From Azolla caroliniana (lineage: Eukaryota > Plantae > Polypodiophyta), in the NCBI GenBank assembly GCA_043228905.1, contig JBHGNT010000018.1, forward strand, positions 17,608,001-17,672,000: a stretch of 64,000 nucleotides of DNA. Direction: 5' to 3'. Positions 1-12,689 of the stretch are shown here, in pieces (position 1 is the stretch's first letter; each line of letters begins with the position of its first letter). The position numbers were made by a program, and so were the translations under genes. The notes below the pieces were generated by a model that saw nothing but the letters and a program-made list of their open reading frames with translations, made no database searches and was not told where the DNA came from.

Positions 1-2542
1 GTTCAGACACTTCCAAAGGTTTAAAAACGAAGTAAAAAAAGCCACTAGTCAACATGTACGATGCAGTCGATCAGATGGAGGCAAGGAATACTTCTCGGAT
101 AATTTCACGGCGTATCTCCGAAAGGAAGGAATTTGGCGAGAATTCACTTGCCGATACACTCCGCAACAAAACGGCATAGACGAGTGCAAAAATCAGCACA
201 TCCTCGAAGTAGCGCGGGCCATGATGAATGAGAAGCATATGCCCAAGTCATATTGGGCCGAAGCTGCAAATACGGCTATCTACCTAATGAACCGGTGCAC
301 AACATCCGGAGTGCACGAGGTCACTCCGCACAAAAAATACTTCGGAAAGAAGCCGGACTTATCTCACACCCGGATATTCGGCGCGATAGCGTACATGCAC
401 ATCCCCGACGAGAAGCGTCAAAACCTTGACCCGAAGTCAAAGAAATGTATCCTCGTAGGATACTCACTGGAGAAAAAGGGGTACAAGTGCTACAACCCCT
501 CAACTCGAAAATCTCGAGTAAGTTGAGACGTCATTTTTGACGAGTCTGCATCCTGGTACGCACTAGAGACAACTTCGACTCCGACTCCGCTCGACCCGGA
601 ATCCGCCGAACAAGAGATAGAGGATGAAGATCGCATTACGCGCATGTTCGAAGAAAGTTCGATCGCGACCCGACTGAGTGGAGCACAAGAGCCTTTGAGC
701 GATCAAAGCACATCATGGCCTAGCCCGAAGATGGACAAAGGCAAGGCGAAAATGTCGCAATACAAAGACGATCGCTTCGACGACGATGAGTCGACTCACT
801 CACTTGACAGTGAGTTCGGTGGCTTCGATGTACCAATCGGAGCTAAGAAAGCCCTCATCTCGGCAAATGAAAAGCTTCGTCGCTCCACCCGTGAAAAGAA
901 TCCGGTCAGCTGATTTGGCTACAATGACTACATGGCATATCACTATGCCTTTATGATAAAGGTGGCGACAATACGCGAGCCGGAAACATTTTCCGAAGCA
1001 GCCAAGGATCCGCGATGGATCGAAGTCATGAACGAGGAGATGCAGGCACTACGCAAGAACGAGACGTGGGATCTCGTTCCCACCTCACCACACAAAAAGG
1101 TGATCGGATACAGATGGATTTACAAAGTGAAGTACAACGTCGATGGTTCCGTCAACTGCTACAAAGCGCGATTCATAGCGAAAGGCTACGCACAAATGCA
1201 TGGAGTTGACTACGAGGAGACCTTTGCCCTGGTGACAAAGATGATGAAGGTGCAGACCGTAATTGCGCTTGCCATGGCGAAAGGGTGGCACCTCCATCAA
1301 ATGAACGTTAAGAACGCCTTTCTACAAGGCGAATTAGAAGAGGAGGTGTACATGATACAACCGCCCGGCTTCAACTCAAGCACCCATCCGAAAGCTATAT
1401 GCTGACTCAAGAAGCCACTCTACGCCCTCAAGCAAGCACCGCATGCTTGGCATTTGAAGATAACGCAATATCTTCATGAAATCGACTTCCGTATGTCAAA
1501 ATCGGACAACTCCCTCTACATACGAAACGATTTCGCAAGTCCGATCGTCATCATCTTATGTGGATGACCTAGTCATTGGAGGTGAGCATCTCGTCGAACT
1601 CAATAAGGTCAAATCCCTCCTTTCCGACAAGTTCGAGATGACGGACATGAAGGAGCTCCACTACTTCCTCGGCATCGAGGTAATTCGGACTCTGGCCGGA
1701 ATCATGATCTCTCAACGACACTACATCCTCAACTTGTTATACAAGTTCGGGATGGCTGAGTGCAAATCCGCGGCAACCCCGCTCAATCGCAATCTCAAAC
1801 TGGATGCGAACTCCGGCACCAAAGCGTGTGAGCCGACTCAGTATCGAAAACTCATCGGGAGTCTCATCTACCTCACGATCACTCGACCCGATTTCAGTTA
1901 TTCAGTTAGTCTCCTTAGTCAATTCATGCAAACACGGCGTGATACTCACTTGGATTGTGCTAAGCGAGTTCTACGATACGTGAGCGGCACAATGGATTGC
2001 GTCATCCTCTACAAGACCGTGATGCCAATACGACTTGAGGGGTACACAGACGCCGATTGGGCCGGGTACAAAGCCGATAGAAGATCAACCTCCGGATTTG
2101 TTTTTTCCCTCGGCAACGGAGTAATATCTTGGAGCAGCAAAAAGCAACCAATCGTTGCTCTTTCGAGCACAAAGGCGGAATACAGGGGCACGACAGTGGC
2201 CGCATGTGAAGCCGTATGGCTCAAAAGGATACTCAAGGATCTGAGCGTACCCATCAAGGATCCGACTTCCCTTTACAGCGACAACATGAGCAGTATCTAT
2301 CTGGCTCAGAACTTGGTGTTCCACGCGCAGACAAAGCACATCGAAATGCACTATCACTCATCCGAGGGTGCGTTCTAGCTGGCGATGTCGACCTACAACA
2401 CATTAGCACCAATCTTCAAACGGTCGACATCTTCACTAAAGCCTTAGGAGCCGACAAGCTATGGCAATTTATGACCGATCTTGGATTGACGATCCCTAAC
2501 CTGCCAAGCTTGAGGGGGAGTACTGAAGACATTACGCAATAA
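1..2542 (+). pseudogene. copia pol pseudogene (IN-RT-RH), broken by stops and frameshifts
   Basis: Consecutive ORF fragments in changing frames with in-frame TGA stops (e.g. 524, 911, 1403). Confidence 0.92.
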
Positions 2543-2798
2543 CGCATGGATTTCGCAACCGTGCAACGATGCCGCGAAGAAAGACGCTACGCAATAACGC
2601 GTGGATTCCGCAACCGCGCAACGAAGGCGCAAAGAAAGACACGAGCCGAAGCACAGACTTCGCAACCACACACAACGCAAGCTGGAGCACGGATTCCGCA
2701 ACTCCACATAAATACGAGTCGACGTAGACTCCGGAACGCTAGTCGAAGCGGATTTCGCTTACCGTCTGAAACCAACCTGACTTGAGCTTGAGGGGGCG

Positions 2799-3201
2799 TG
2801 TTGAGAATCAAGCTCAACTTGGTCTAGTGTGTGAACTCAACTTGAGAGTGAATAGACACTCCAACGGTCAAGAGTCACCATTATGTCACCACTTTGTATT
2901 CTAGCATTTAGTATGAGTCATAGAATCATATTCTATGACACATAACTTATGAGCTTTCACATTCCCCATGCTCCATGAGTCTTGTAGTTAATGAAGAGAG
3001 AGGGTGACTATATAAAGCACCCTCCTCCCACCTTGTATAATGTTGAGTCTTTCTCCTTTGTTAATATACTTAACCTTGCGTATTCTCTGTGTCTTACTCC
3101 TTGTCTCTTGCACTCTCTCTCTCTCTCTCACACACACACATCCACATAACGCACATCTCTCACCTATTTCGCTGCACAAGAATCATACCCAATTCTTTAC
3201 A
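2799..3201 (+). repeat. 3' LTR of copia family A
   Basis: TG...CA ends, follows PPT, TATA (ctatataaag ~3009), homologous to 51518-51944. Confidence 0.88.
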
Positions 3202-3345
3202 GTAAATAGCCCTAAGTTCATATCAGTATAAATATGACTTAGGGCAATCACTTTATAGTGTGGTCATTGTTATCATATTTTTGTAACGGTTGTATAGAGA
3301 GCAACAGAGGGAGAGAGTGTGAGATACTCTATTGTAATTGCTTTG
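3202..3345 (+). repeat. Fragment of a copia family-B-like LTR (insertion target of the family A element)
   Basis: gtaaatagccc..agtataaatatgacttagggcaa..tgtatagaga matches 36345-36460. Confidence 0.7.
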
Positions 3346-3407
3346 TGTAGACATGTCCCATTAGGGATCGGGAACGGCTCGGTTTAGGCTTGAACTTGCC
3401 TTAACGG

Positions 3408-4026
3408 TGTCGCGTTGTTATGCTCGTGCGTGGACCAAGGAGAGAGAGAGAGAGAGAGATGCAAGTACACAAAGAGAGATTAAGAGCAAGGAAAACAGAA
3501 TCCGACTACTATAGTCAATAGCTTACAATCGGCAACCCGGTAATGGACCCGACATGGGGTCCTACTCACGGACACCGATGACAGCCACACGACTCAAAGA
3601 AACAAAAGGGGAAAGGGGAAGGAGAGAGACTCTACTGGAAGCACACGGGCTGTCCACGAAGCAGAGGCAGCGAACTCCCGACAGCCGTAGAGAACAACGA
3701 TTGGAGGAGAGAGAGTTCGGCACTCGGTTCTGCCGCAACACTTTGTCCTCGCCAAAGCGCGATATCTTTCTCTTCCTTCTCTCCTCTCCTTAAATAGTTC
3801 CCCAAAAAGGGGGGTGCCCTTTTTCCCTAGTCAAATCGCTTTATTCCTTGTCCCTTCTGACAGAGATACGCACAATCCCCTAATAAATGTGTACTACTTA
3901 GTATTTACATCAGCCGATCCATTTATGAATCAATATCAAAATATCAATTCATGTGTCCATCCGTGTAAGAGCCGGTTCATGCGCCTTTTTGTCCGATTCC
4001 GCCTATGGCCGGTTTTCTTCACGACA
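3408..4026 (-). repeat. 3' LTR of G1
   Basis: TGTCG...CGACA termini, direct repeat of 9479-10146. Confidence 0.93.
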
Positions 4027-4095
4027 TGCACCCCCACCAAACTGCACATCCACTGACATGTGCCAGAGACGGGTAGATACCGAAGAAAACCGGCT

Positions 4096-6050
4096 TCACT
4101 CGTCGCTCTCCGATTCTCCACCGGGCCCGAAATGATCGTCGTTGTCGCTCCCGCTCGCAGGCTCCGGGTCGTCTTCGAACCGCTTTTTGAACGCTTTGAT
4201 CCGCTTCCTAGCAACCGGCACTACTAACCGTGTCCCAGCGAGTTCCGCGAGGTGGTACGTGCCGTTGTCGTTCGTGCTCGTCACTGTGTAGGGCCCGAAC
4301 CACCTCCTAGAAAACTTTCGCAAAGCCTTGTGCTGATTGTCGAGGCTGATGTCGTACACCAAGACCCAATTGCCTTCCTCGATCTTCTTTGGTCGCAACG
4401 GGGTCTTGTTCCGCTCCCTTGCCGCCCGCAGCTTTTCCTTCGCCCTTTTTATGTCCTCCGGCCTCCGCTCGATTTGCCGAATCCACGTCGCCAGCAACTC
4501 CTCCCGATTGATCTCGTCATTCCAATCTACCACAACCCATGAATAAACCGTCCGTTCCACCGGCATGATCGGCTTCTGTCCGTACATCAACTCTGCCGGC
4601 ATAAACCCTATCACCGAACTGTGTGTAGTTCGGTCTGCCCACAGTGCGTGAGGAAGGAGCCGCGGCCAATTCCCGACCTGCCCTCCGCATGCACGCACCA
4701 ACGCCTTTACGATCGGCCCATGCCCACGTTCTACCTTCCCGTTCGCCTCCGGATTGTACGCCGTAGTGAGGGAGAGTTTGACGCCCAGCCGATCGAACAA
4801 CTCCTCAGCTTCTCGCGCATCCAGCTCTCCCCGGTCCGCCACGATCCTCCCAATGCACCCATACCGACACACTACCTCTTCGATCAGGAATCGGCATACC
4901 GCCGCGGTTTTCTTGTTCTGCAGTGCACGGCCTTCCACCTAGTTCATTAAGTCTTCCCGCGCAAGCACCATGTATTGTATCTATCCTACTCCCATCGGCA
5001 TTGTCACCAAGTCCACCATCCACTTGAAATGGACCTTAGGCAGGTAAGTCGGGTGTAGCTCGTCCCGATGTCGGACTACGGAGTGCATCTGACAGCTTTC
5101 ACAAGTCGTTACGAACCGATGCACGTCCTGGTACAGCCCCGGCCACCAATACTTCTCCTTTAGCTTCTCGAACGTGGCCCACGTTCCGCGGTGCCCAGCC
5201 CAGGAACTCTCATGAAATGCCGCCAGTAGTTCCTCCTGTTCTTCTTTCTTTGCCACTACTCGGAGCGGGATGCCGTTTCTCTTCTTTGGGTGCCTCCATA
5301 TGCACTCGTCCTGCAGGAAGAATCGATACGCCTTCTTCCGTACCCGGCTTGCCTCTTCTCTCGTCCACGCTGCGTCCGACGTCATCGTCTGTAGGAACCT
5401 CTCGATTTGGAGCCACTCCCCGTCGTACCTGCTTTCGTCAAATTCGTTAAGCGCCGGAGTGTCCCTTTTCCTCGTCGTTACGTTAGCCGACTCGAAGAAG
5501 TCCTCGCCGACTTCTTCGTCATCCGAAACCATGTCGTCTTCATCGTTGAACCTTGCTCTCGAAAGCATGTCGGCCATGGCATTGTCCTTTCCGGAAATGT
5601 GCCGTATTTCCGGGTTCAGGGACTTAATGTACGCTATCCACCAGAGCATTGCTAGGTCCGGCGTCGTGCATCGGAAACCATGCCGAGTATCGACAGGCAG
5701 TCCGTCTCGATGATCACCTCCGTCCCGATCAAATAGTCATTGTCGGCCTTGACTGCCGAAACGATACCCCAAAGCTCGCGCTTAACTTGGGCGTATCCTC
5801 GCTGCCGCTCGCTCAATACCTTCGCCCTGAACCGGAATGGGAATCGTACGCCGTCCTTTTCCTCCTGACTGATTACCCACCCGATCCCGGTCGGGCTCGT
5901 GTCCACCGTCACACAAATGGGGACACCCTTGCCGTAAACCGCTTTACGGAGGGCTGGCGCTACCGTAAGCGCCTCCTTTAGTCTCCGGACCGACTCCGTG
6001 TGCTCCGTCCTCCACTCGAACCCACACCCTTTCTTCAATAGCCCGTAGAA
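4096..6050 (-). pseudogene. G1 RNaseH-integrase (HHCC zinc finger, catalytic core, GPY motif, no chromodomain)
   Basis: ORFs 5652-6065 (VDTSPTGIG), 4981-5649 (H..GH..C..C), 4096-4938 (IVADRG, NGKVER, WFGPY). Confidence 0.9.
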
Positions 6051-6608
6051 AGCCACCCCCACCAACCTTGAGCTCCCGTAGCGTTATGTCGGTGAACCGG
6101 TGCCCTATGCCAGCCGGATTCCGTAAACTCGGGTCCGACGCGACCCCTTTTTTTTGCTCCTCATTGTCCTCCGGCAAGGGTGCCGCGACTGGCCTCACCT
6201 TCCGGTCCACAGTCTTGTACTTTGTATCCACGCGGGCCGTCCGATCCGACCCGATCCTTTCCCCGAAGTCTGCGATGACTTCATACATTCCCATCGAACC
6301 TATCGGAACGGTCCAGTCTTCTCTAAGGTCTTCACTGATCATCTTTCGCAACTCGCCCAAGGTGTCGTCAAAAGAGACCGCCTCCACGGCGCCGCTGATG
6401 TCTTGGTCGGGGAAGAGGACTCCGCATCCCCTGAGCCAATCCTTCGCTCGCTTCCTTTCCCGGCCGTTGACGTCGGCCATAGTACAACCTTCGTTGTCGG
6501 AGAACCAAAATTTCCAACCTATGGTACAAGTCTTCTTCCGTACTGTACATTTGTGGGGTTTTTCCCGGGTGTCCAGACTATCGCGGCCCCATGCCTTGAT
6601 AGCCCTCT

Positions 6609-9433
6609 CTAAAAATCCCCTCGGTTTCCGCCGCCGAGGGCCTCACGGTTACGCTCATGGTTTGGTCGCACCGTCAGGAACTGGACCGAGTGACGCCCGT
6701 CCTGGCTCTTGACTCTTGCATAGGCCGAACTGTTGTCTTGCACCTTGGTCTCCATCCGTGCCGCCGTGATGTACGGCTCTCCTAGTATAACCGGATGCGA
6801 GGACGTCTCCTGCACGAAGAAGTGCTGGTCGATCTCGACATCGCCGATTTTCACCCGTACGTTCGGACATGCTCCATGTAGTTCTTCCGTGGCGCGCATC
6901 GCTGCCCGTATTTTCCAGCCATGCTTGGTGTTGATCAGCCATTTACCCCTCTTATAGAAATCCATGGACATCAGGTTGATTTCGGATCCATGGTCTACCA
7001 AGGCCACCACCGGTTCCGGAACGTTGCCGATCTGTACAGGGGTTTTCGTAGTTGCCCTGGCCCAATGCGACTTCGTGTAGTGGCTTTCCGCCAACTCATC
7101 TTCTAGGGCCGCGTCTTCCAAGTGCGTGGTCCGCACCTCCACTGGCTTCTCCGGTTCTGGCTCCGTTGAAAGCCTTTTCCTCTTCACCAAGTCTACGATG
7201 GAGTCGTGGAACTCCTTCTTGGCGATCCCGAGCACTTCCCTCAGTGACAGCTCCACTTGTTATGAACAGTGCTCGGCCACAACCGAGGAATAGGATCAAC
7301 TCACAGAAATTGGGAAATACAAAGTGCACGAGGACAGTAGAGAGAAAAGGTACACTGGGATTTTACGTGGAAAACCCTAAATGGGAAAAACCACGGGAGT
7401 CCTCAAACTCCAACTATCACTATACACTGAGATGTACAATGGTGAAGCTACAAGGCAACAACCTTGAGCTCACTGTCTTCGCCACAGGCGGCGGTAATAC
7501 ACAGAGGCGTCGACCTCTTCCTTTCTCTCTCTCTCTCTCTCTCGGTTGCTCTCACTTCGCTCTCTCGGCTGCTCTCACTTCGCTCTCTCGGCTGAAAACA
7601 TAAAATGAGCAACAACAACAAACTGTTTGCCCTAAGTCATATTTATACACATATGACTTTCGGGCTATTTACAAATATAGCCTCAAGGGCTCTTGGCAAA
7701 CATATTCACAAATATGTCCCCGCATCCGGATCTCTCTCCGGGTACATTCGTCATCCGGCTCCGTAGCCGGGGTCTTCAGCATCAGGCTCCGTAGCCGGGG
7801 TCTTCATCATCCGGATCTGTATCCGGGTACTTCATCATCCGGATCCGTATCCGGGTACTCTTCATCCGGCTTCATGCCGGGTACTCTTCATCATCCGGTT
7901 CCGTAACCGCAACCGGGCTTGCCGTCATTCATCTCCGGACATCCCATCCGGAGGGACCGAAATCCCAACACCACTTTGCTATCGAGGATGCGTTCCTCCA
8001 GGACCTTTCGCAGGTTTGTGGTCCTTTCGATTTCGGTGCTCAACTGAAACCCCGCCTGCTTCTTTTCGTCCGGCGTGCCTGGGTTGCCGGCACTGGTCGG
8101 TTTCGGTCCGAACCGGGTCTTATACCTCAGCGGGGGACCGACCCCTCCGGCCTTTCCTGCCTCTTTGTCTTCCACTAGAACCTCGTAGTTCTGGCAAGCA
8201 GCTTCTACGAAGCCCGTTTTCTCTTCGACCTGATCGTCCCAACCAGTGACCTCCTAGACCCACTGTTCCGTGCGGTGCGCCTCCTCCTTCTTCAGCCAAA
8301 CTCCAGAGAGGCCTTCTAGCACTAGCGGCCAGAATCTAGAGTCCTTCGCCTTTCGGGTCTCATCACCCCCGACCCGAATTCCCGCCGACACTGAGTAGTT
8401 AACGGCTTCAACATGCCGTGCCGCGGCCTCTTCCATCAACCTTTTCATTCCGCCGCGCCCCGTATTTAGTTCTAGGGCTCTCCGAGTCTCGCTCGCGTGC
8501 ACCCGCCCGTTCCAGAGGTACAACATGTTGGTCCTGAGCACGTCGGCGAAATCCGCGCAATCCTTCCGAATGTGACCGATCGCGTCACACCACATGCACC
8601 GCTGCCCCGCCGACAGCCTCCGGTCACGAGGTTGTTCGCCGCTGTCTCTCCGGGCCTATGCGATCTACAGGTCGAGCACCATCTGTGTCAGCTCCTCTAG
8701 AGCCGCTCCTCCGGATGGGCCTCTGACCACGTCATTCGATGCCGACCCCGACTCTGGCCAGATTCGGGTCTCTTCCTTCCTACCGGCCGGCACCGATACC
8801 GGCTCCTCGAGCCTCCTCCCCGGGACCGGCCCTGACCCCAACGAGCTTCCGTCGCTCCAATCGCGCCATTTGTCGAAACGGCTGTAGACCCGTTTTACCA
8901 CGACCCAGTTTGTCGTGAGCCCTTCGTCCATTTCCAATAGGGGACCCACCTTTTCCCTGTCGAGCGTGTCCACCAACTTGACAAATAGTAGTACTCGACT
9001 CGTTTCGAGCACTGTCCGGTCCATGATCGACAGCCGCGCGAACCGTTTTCCTCCCTTTTCCGGGGCTTTCCACCCACGCCATGAAGTCCCACCTCGACAG
9101 CCGAAGCGAGTCGTCAAACCCGTACTTCTTGAGGAGCCACAACTCGAACTCCTCCCAAGTCTGGCATCCGGCCAACACCTCGAGCACCTCCGCGTGGATG
9201 CTCGGCCTCACCACTCGAGGGAATCCGGACAGCCGCCTGTCCACCGGGATATCCCTCATGATCATTTCGGCCCGGTATGCCTCCAAATAACTTGTGGCTT
9301 CTTTCCCTTCGAACCGGCCTATAGTGCCAACGATTGATTCAATGGCTCTATCAAGGGTACCCGTCCCCTCACGAGCGCTTACCAGCCGGTCGACGGCTAC
9401 CACCATTGCCTCTGCTAGCTCCAATCCCCTCAT
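6609..9433 (-). pseudogene. G1 gag-protease, interrupted by a solo LTR
   Basis: ORFs 8780-9433 (gag), 8254-8595 (CxxC..H...C knuckle), 6609-7256 (LVDHGSEIN protease). Confidence 0.88.
7258..7970 (-). mobile_element. Solo LTR (copia family-B related) with 5-bp TSD CCACT
   Basis: CCACT at 7253-7257 and 7971-7975; TGTT...AACA ends; similar to 38137-38702; internal ~27-bp tandem repeats at 7720-7910. Confidence 0.92.
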
Positions 9434-9457
9434 CTTTCGACTCCTTTGCCGCCCGTT

Positions 9458-9474
9458 TCACGTCGGGTTCACCA
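9458..9474 (-). promoter_or_regulatory. Primer-binding site complementary to the 3' end of tRNA-Trp
   Basis: TGGTGAACCCGACGTGA, 4 nt after the LTR; reverse complement TCACGTCGGGTTCA-CCA matches the plant tRNA-Trp 3' end as I recall it. Confidence 0.85.
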
Positions 9475-9478
9475 AATA

Positions 9479-9537
9479 TGTCGCATTGTTACGCGCGTGC
9501 GTGTAGAAAGAGGCGGGACCGCGGGGGTCTCGAACCA

Positions 9538-9584
<47 letters not shown>

Positions 9585-10146
9585 GTACACAAAGAGAGAT
9601 TAAGAGCAAGGAAAACAGAATTCGACTACTATAGTCAATAGCTTACAACCGGCAACCCGGTAATGGACCCGACACGGGGTCCTTCTCACACACACCGACG
9701 ACAGCCACACGACTCGAAGAAACAAAAGGGGAAAGGGGAAGGAGAGAGACTCAGCTGGAAGCACATGGGCTGTCCACGAAGTAGAGGCAGCGAACTCCCG
9801 ACAGCCGCAGAGAACGACGATTGGAGGAGAGAGAGCTCGGCACTCAGTTCTGCCGCAACACTTCGTCCTCACCAAAGCGCGATATCTTTCTCTTCCTTCT
9901 CTCCTCTCCTTAAATAGTTCCCCAAAAAGGGGGGTGCCCTTTTTCCCTAGTCAAATCGCTTTATTCCCTGTCCCTTCTGACAGAGATACGCACAATCCCC
10001 TAATAAATGTGTACTACTTAGTATTTACATGAACCGATCCATTTATGAATCAATATCAAAATATCAATTCACGCGTCCATCCGTGTAAGAGCCGGTTCAT
10101 GCGCCTTTTTGTCTGATTCCGCCTATGGCCGGTTTTCTTCATGACA
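9479..10146 (-). repeat. 5' LTR of G1
   Basis: Direct repeat of 3408-4026, adjacent to the PBS. Confidence 0.93.
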
Positions 10147-10230
10147 ACGGTTTGAGCTCAGCTCGGCTTGGCTTGAGCCTCGCCAAACCGGCTCAAGCTG
10201 GCAAAACCGTTTAAGCCGTTTATAAACTTT

Positions 10231-10565
10231 AGAGAGAGGGGAAGAGAGAGAGAGAGAGAGCGAGAGCGAGAGCGAGACTAAACAGACAATGGGAGAGAAA
10301 GTGAGTTAGTGAGGGAGAACTACACAGACGAGGAGGGAGGGAGGGAGGGAGGGAGGGAGGGACACAACAGATAAGGAGAGAGAGAGAGACTACACAGAGG
10401 GGAGAGAGAGAGAGAGAGAAACTGCATAGAGGGGAGAGAGACTACACAGAGGGGGGGGAGAGAGAGAGAGAGGGAGAGAGTCGAGACCACAGACGTGAGA
10501 GAGAGAGTGGGAGGGAGAGCTTGTACAATGTATAGTATATAGTATATAGTATATAGTATATAGTG
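10231..10565. repeat. GA/GGGA-rich microsatellite tract followed by (TATATAG)n
   Basis: Direct reading. Confidence 0.85.
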
Positions 10566-10574
10566 GATCATTTG

Positions 10575-11035
10575 AGAGATAGATAGATAGATTATATTAT
10601 CGTCTTTGGAAGTCAAATATGACCTATGAGACCAAAAAATATTACATTTCACGTGATACGTGTGAAAGTGAGTAGTGACTCTCGATGTTCAAGAACTTTA
10701 CCAATGAATGTTGCAATCGAGAGTGCACATTGTGGTTGTGAGAGGAATTCATGCAAAGATTGGGCTTGGTCGAAGAGATGTGGAAAGCATGGTTGAATAT
10801 GATCAAAGGCAGAGCATTGTATCAAAGTGTGATACTCAAACTCGCGAACTTGGTTAGGGCAAAGTGTGCATAGCCGACCACTCTCATCACTTGTGCCCCA
10901 ACACCCTGTTTCACATCGCAATGCATGTGAGCTAAGTCGTATGAATCAATGGTTCGAATGGCAGATAACGGTATGGGCTCTAACATGTATCGATGTGTAC
11001 GATTTCCCTGTTCTGCAAAGAATATGGTTTTGTAG
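10575..11035 (-). mobile_element. 5'-truncated non-LTR retrotransposon 3' end (RTE-X-like) with (ATCT)n tail
   Basis: ORF 10649-10921 RCETGCW...LCTLC..E.EYHTLIQC is a C-terminal CCHC domain; short tandem-repeat tail at 10575-10590. Confidence 0.65.
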
Positions 11036-11285
11036 TTAGGTGCAACATGTGTAGTATAATGTGTGAAGCATGAGCCTCCACATTTGAAATGCACATAAGA
11101 AAGAAACACATGCACACCACAATATAATAGATAAATATAAACAGACAAAACAAATAAACAAAGAAAGAACTTTGCTCTGCTTTTATCCCCTCCTTTTTCC
11201 CTTGCTTTGAGACCTGCTACAAATAAACCCTAACCCTAACCCTAACACCCCCCCAGGTGTAAAGAAATAAGAGAAAGAAACCAAG

Positions 11286-11559
11286 TCAGGAAACATCGAA
11301 ATCACCCTCCCAGGTGCATACATAGATCGAAGAGAATGGAAATCCTAAATGATCTAAGAAGTCCGACAAGCATTACTTTCCCAAGTCGAAGAGGGGGAAA
11401 TGAAGGAAACTTAATGGGAGGGATTAGGTGATTCATCATGAAGTATTGTTAGAGCATACAATCAAATTGTTGGTGTCATATCGTGATTTGGTTTTCAAGA
11501 GATTTGACCGTTGTATACTATGAAATGATGCACAAAGGACAAGCAAAGGTACACCCCAA
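11286..11559 (-). pseudogene. Probable relic of the small beta-protein family (copy R1)
   Basis: Frameshifted translation ..IPPIKFPSFPPLR..RISILFD/IYVCTWEGDFDV versus RIDISPDIYIGVKNGKIVV; upstream 11610-11800 is homologous to sequence upstream of 49056. Confidence 0.45.
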
Positions 11560-12540
11560 GTAGAATCAAAGTATAGAAAAATAGTCAAAGAATAAATAAA
11601 CAATTCGAGATAAGAAATATTTAATGGCAATTATAATAGGTTTGTTTGGCAACTAGTTATTTCAGAGATCACTGAGTCTGACTGACTGACAACTACATGT
11701 ATCTTCGGGTTTTATTCCCTTCCTTCTTCATGCTGCCCATTTTTTCAAACTTCTTCACATGGAAGGAAGCTTCAAAAAGAAATAGATTGTGGGTCCTATA
11801 TCAATATGACTATGTATCATCAGTATGACTATGTATCATTGGATGTAGAGATATTACGAATTTGGAAGACCATGAACTTCTTCTCCATGCTTCACTCGTT
11901 GGCTCTTTTTTTTTTATATGCTTTGAAAAATCTTGTAATTTGCACCTTCTCCCTCTCCCTTTCTCTAAGATCACTCTCACATGTACATTTTTGCTCTCAT
12001 AGGTTATATTTAACTTTTAAAAAGATAATTTATTTATTTATTTATTTATATTTTTCCAAACATTGAAAAGGATAATTAAGTCTCTCTCTATTGTAATTAG
12101 CTTACCCTAGTGGTAAGTTATTGTGACAAGTAGATCTTAATCTTGGGTTTTAGACCCAATTATCTCACCTCTCTATTTCTCATATTGTATGGGTTCAACC
12201 CCTATATTCTACAATGGCATTTAGTAAATTAAGAGGATATGTCCCATGCCCTTCTAGTCTCCATTGGACAACCTTACCAATTGAGTTCTCTCTCTCATGA
12301 AGACCAAACCCCATTATCACTCCTTTTCATGAAATCTTGTATTTTTCTCTCCCTCTTCTTTTACATAGCATATTATGATCTTAACATAAAAAAACATCAA
12401 GGTTTTCAGTCTTAGGGGATTATGAGAAAGAGAGAGAGACCTGATTTTTACTGACATTATCCTGAGCTTGTTGCAAAAGCAATTGGGCTTTTTATTAATT
12501 TTTTTGTCTGCTTAATCTCGTTATCACTTCCAATTAGATA

Positions 12541-12576
<36 letters not shown>

Positions 12577-12689
12577 ATAGTCCCATAGCTCATCATTTAC
12601 TATGCATTTTGAAATCATTTTCTAGATGTATATGATTGGCATGTATATTCTTGCTCTTTTGGAGTTAGGCCCTCTGCTATAAAGAACGT

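Larger units (their letters stand above)
1..3201 (+). mobile_element. Ty1/copia LTR retrotransposon (family A), 3' part: integrase-RT-RNaseH, two PPTs and 3' LTR
   Basis: ORFs 221-526 (WAEAANTAIYL, integrase), 932-1405 (YKARFIAKG, RT), 1476-2378 (YVDD, YTDADWAG, RNaseH). PPT-like TTGAGGGGG at ~2510 and ~2788. LTR TGTTG(2799)..TTTACA(3201) is homologous to 51518-51944. Confidence 0.95.
3408..10146 (-). mobile_element. Ty3/gypsy LTR retrotransposon G1 with both LTRs, RT domain deleted, TSD ACGG
   Basis: LTRs 3408-4026 and 9479-10146 are closely similar; ACGG at 3404-3407 and 10147-10150; tRNA-Trp PBS 9458-9474; PPT 4027-4042; order gag-PR-(RT lost)-RH-IN. Confidence 0.95.
3362..10231 (+). mobile_element. 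Decayed hAT-like MITE (3362-3407 plus 10147-10231) split by gypsy element G1
   Basis: Terminus TAGGGATCGGGAACGG and AAACCG/CGGTTT motifs; sequence reads through across the ACGG TSD; similar to 13575-13835, 48318-48418 and 53869-54040. Confidence 0.55.

Noticed and set aside
11225-11246. (CCCTAA)3 telomere-like tract
   Set aside because: Only three units; consistent with a telo-box or microsatellite, not an interstitial telomere
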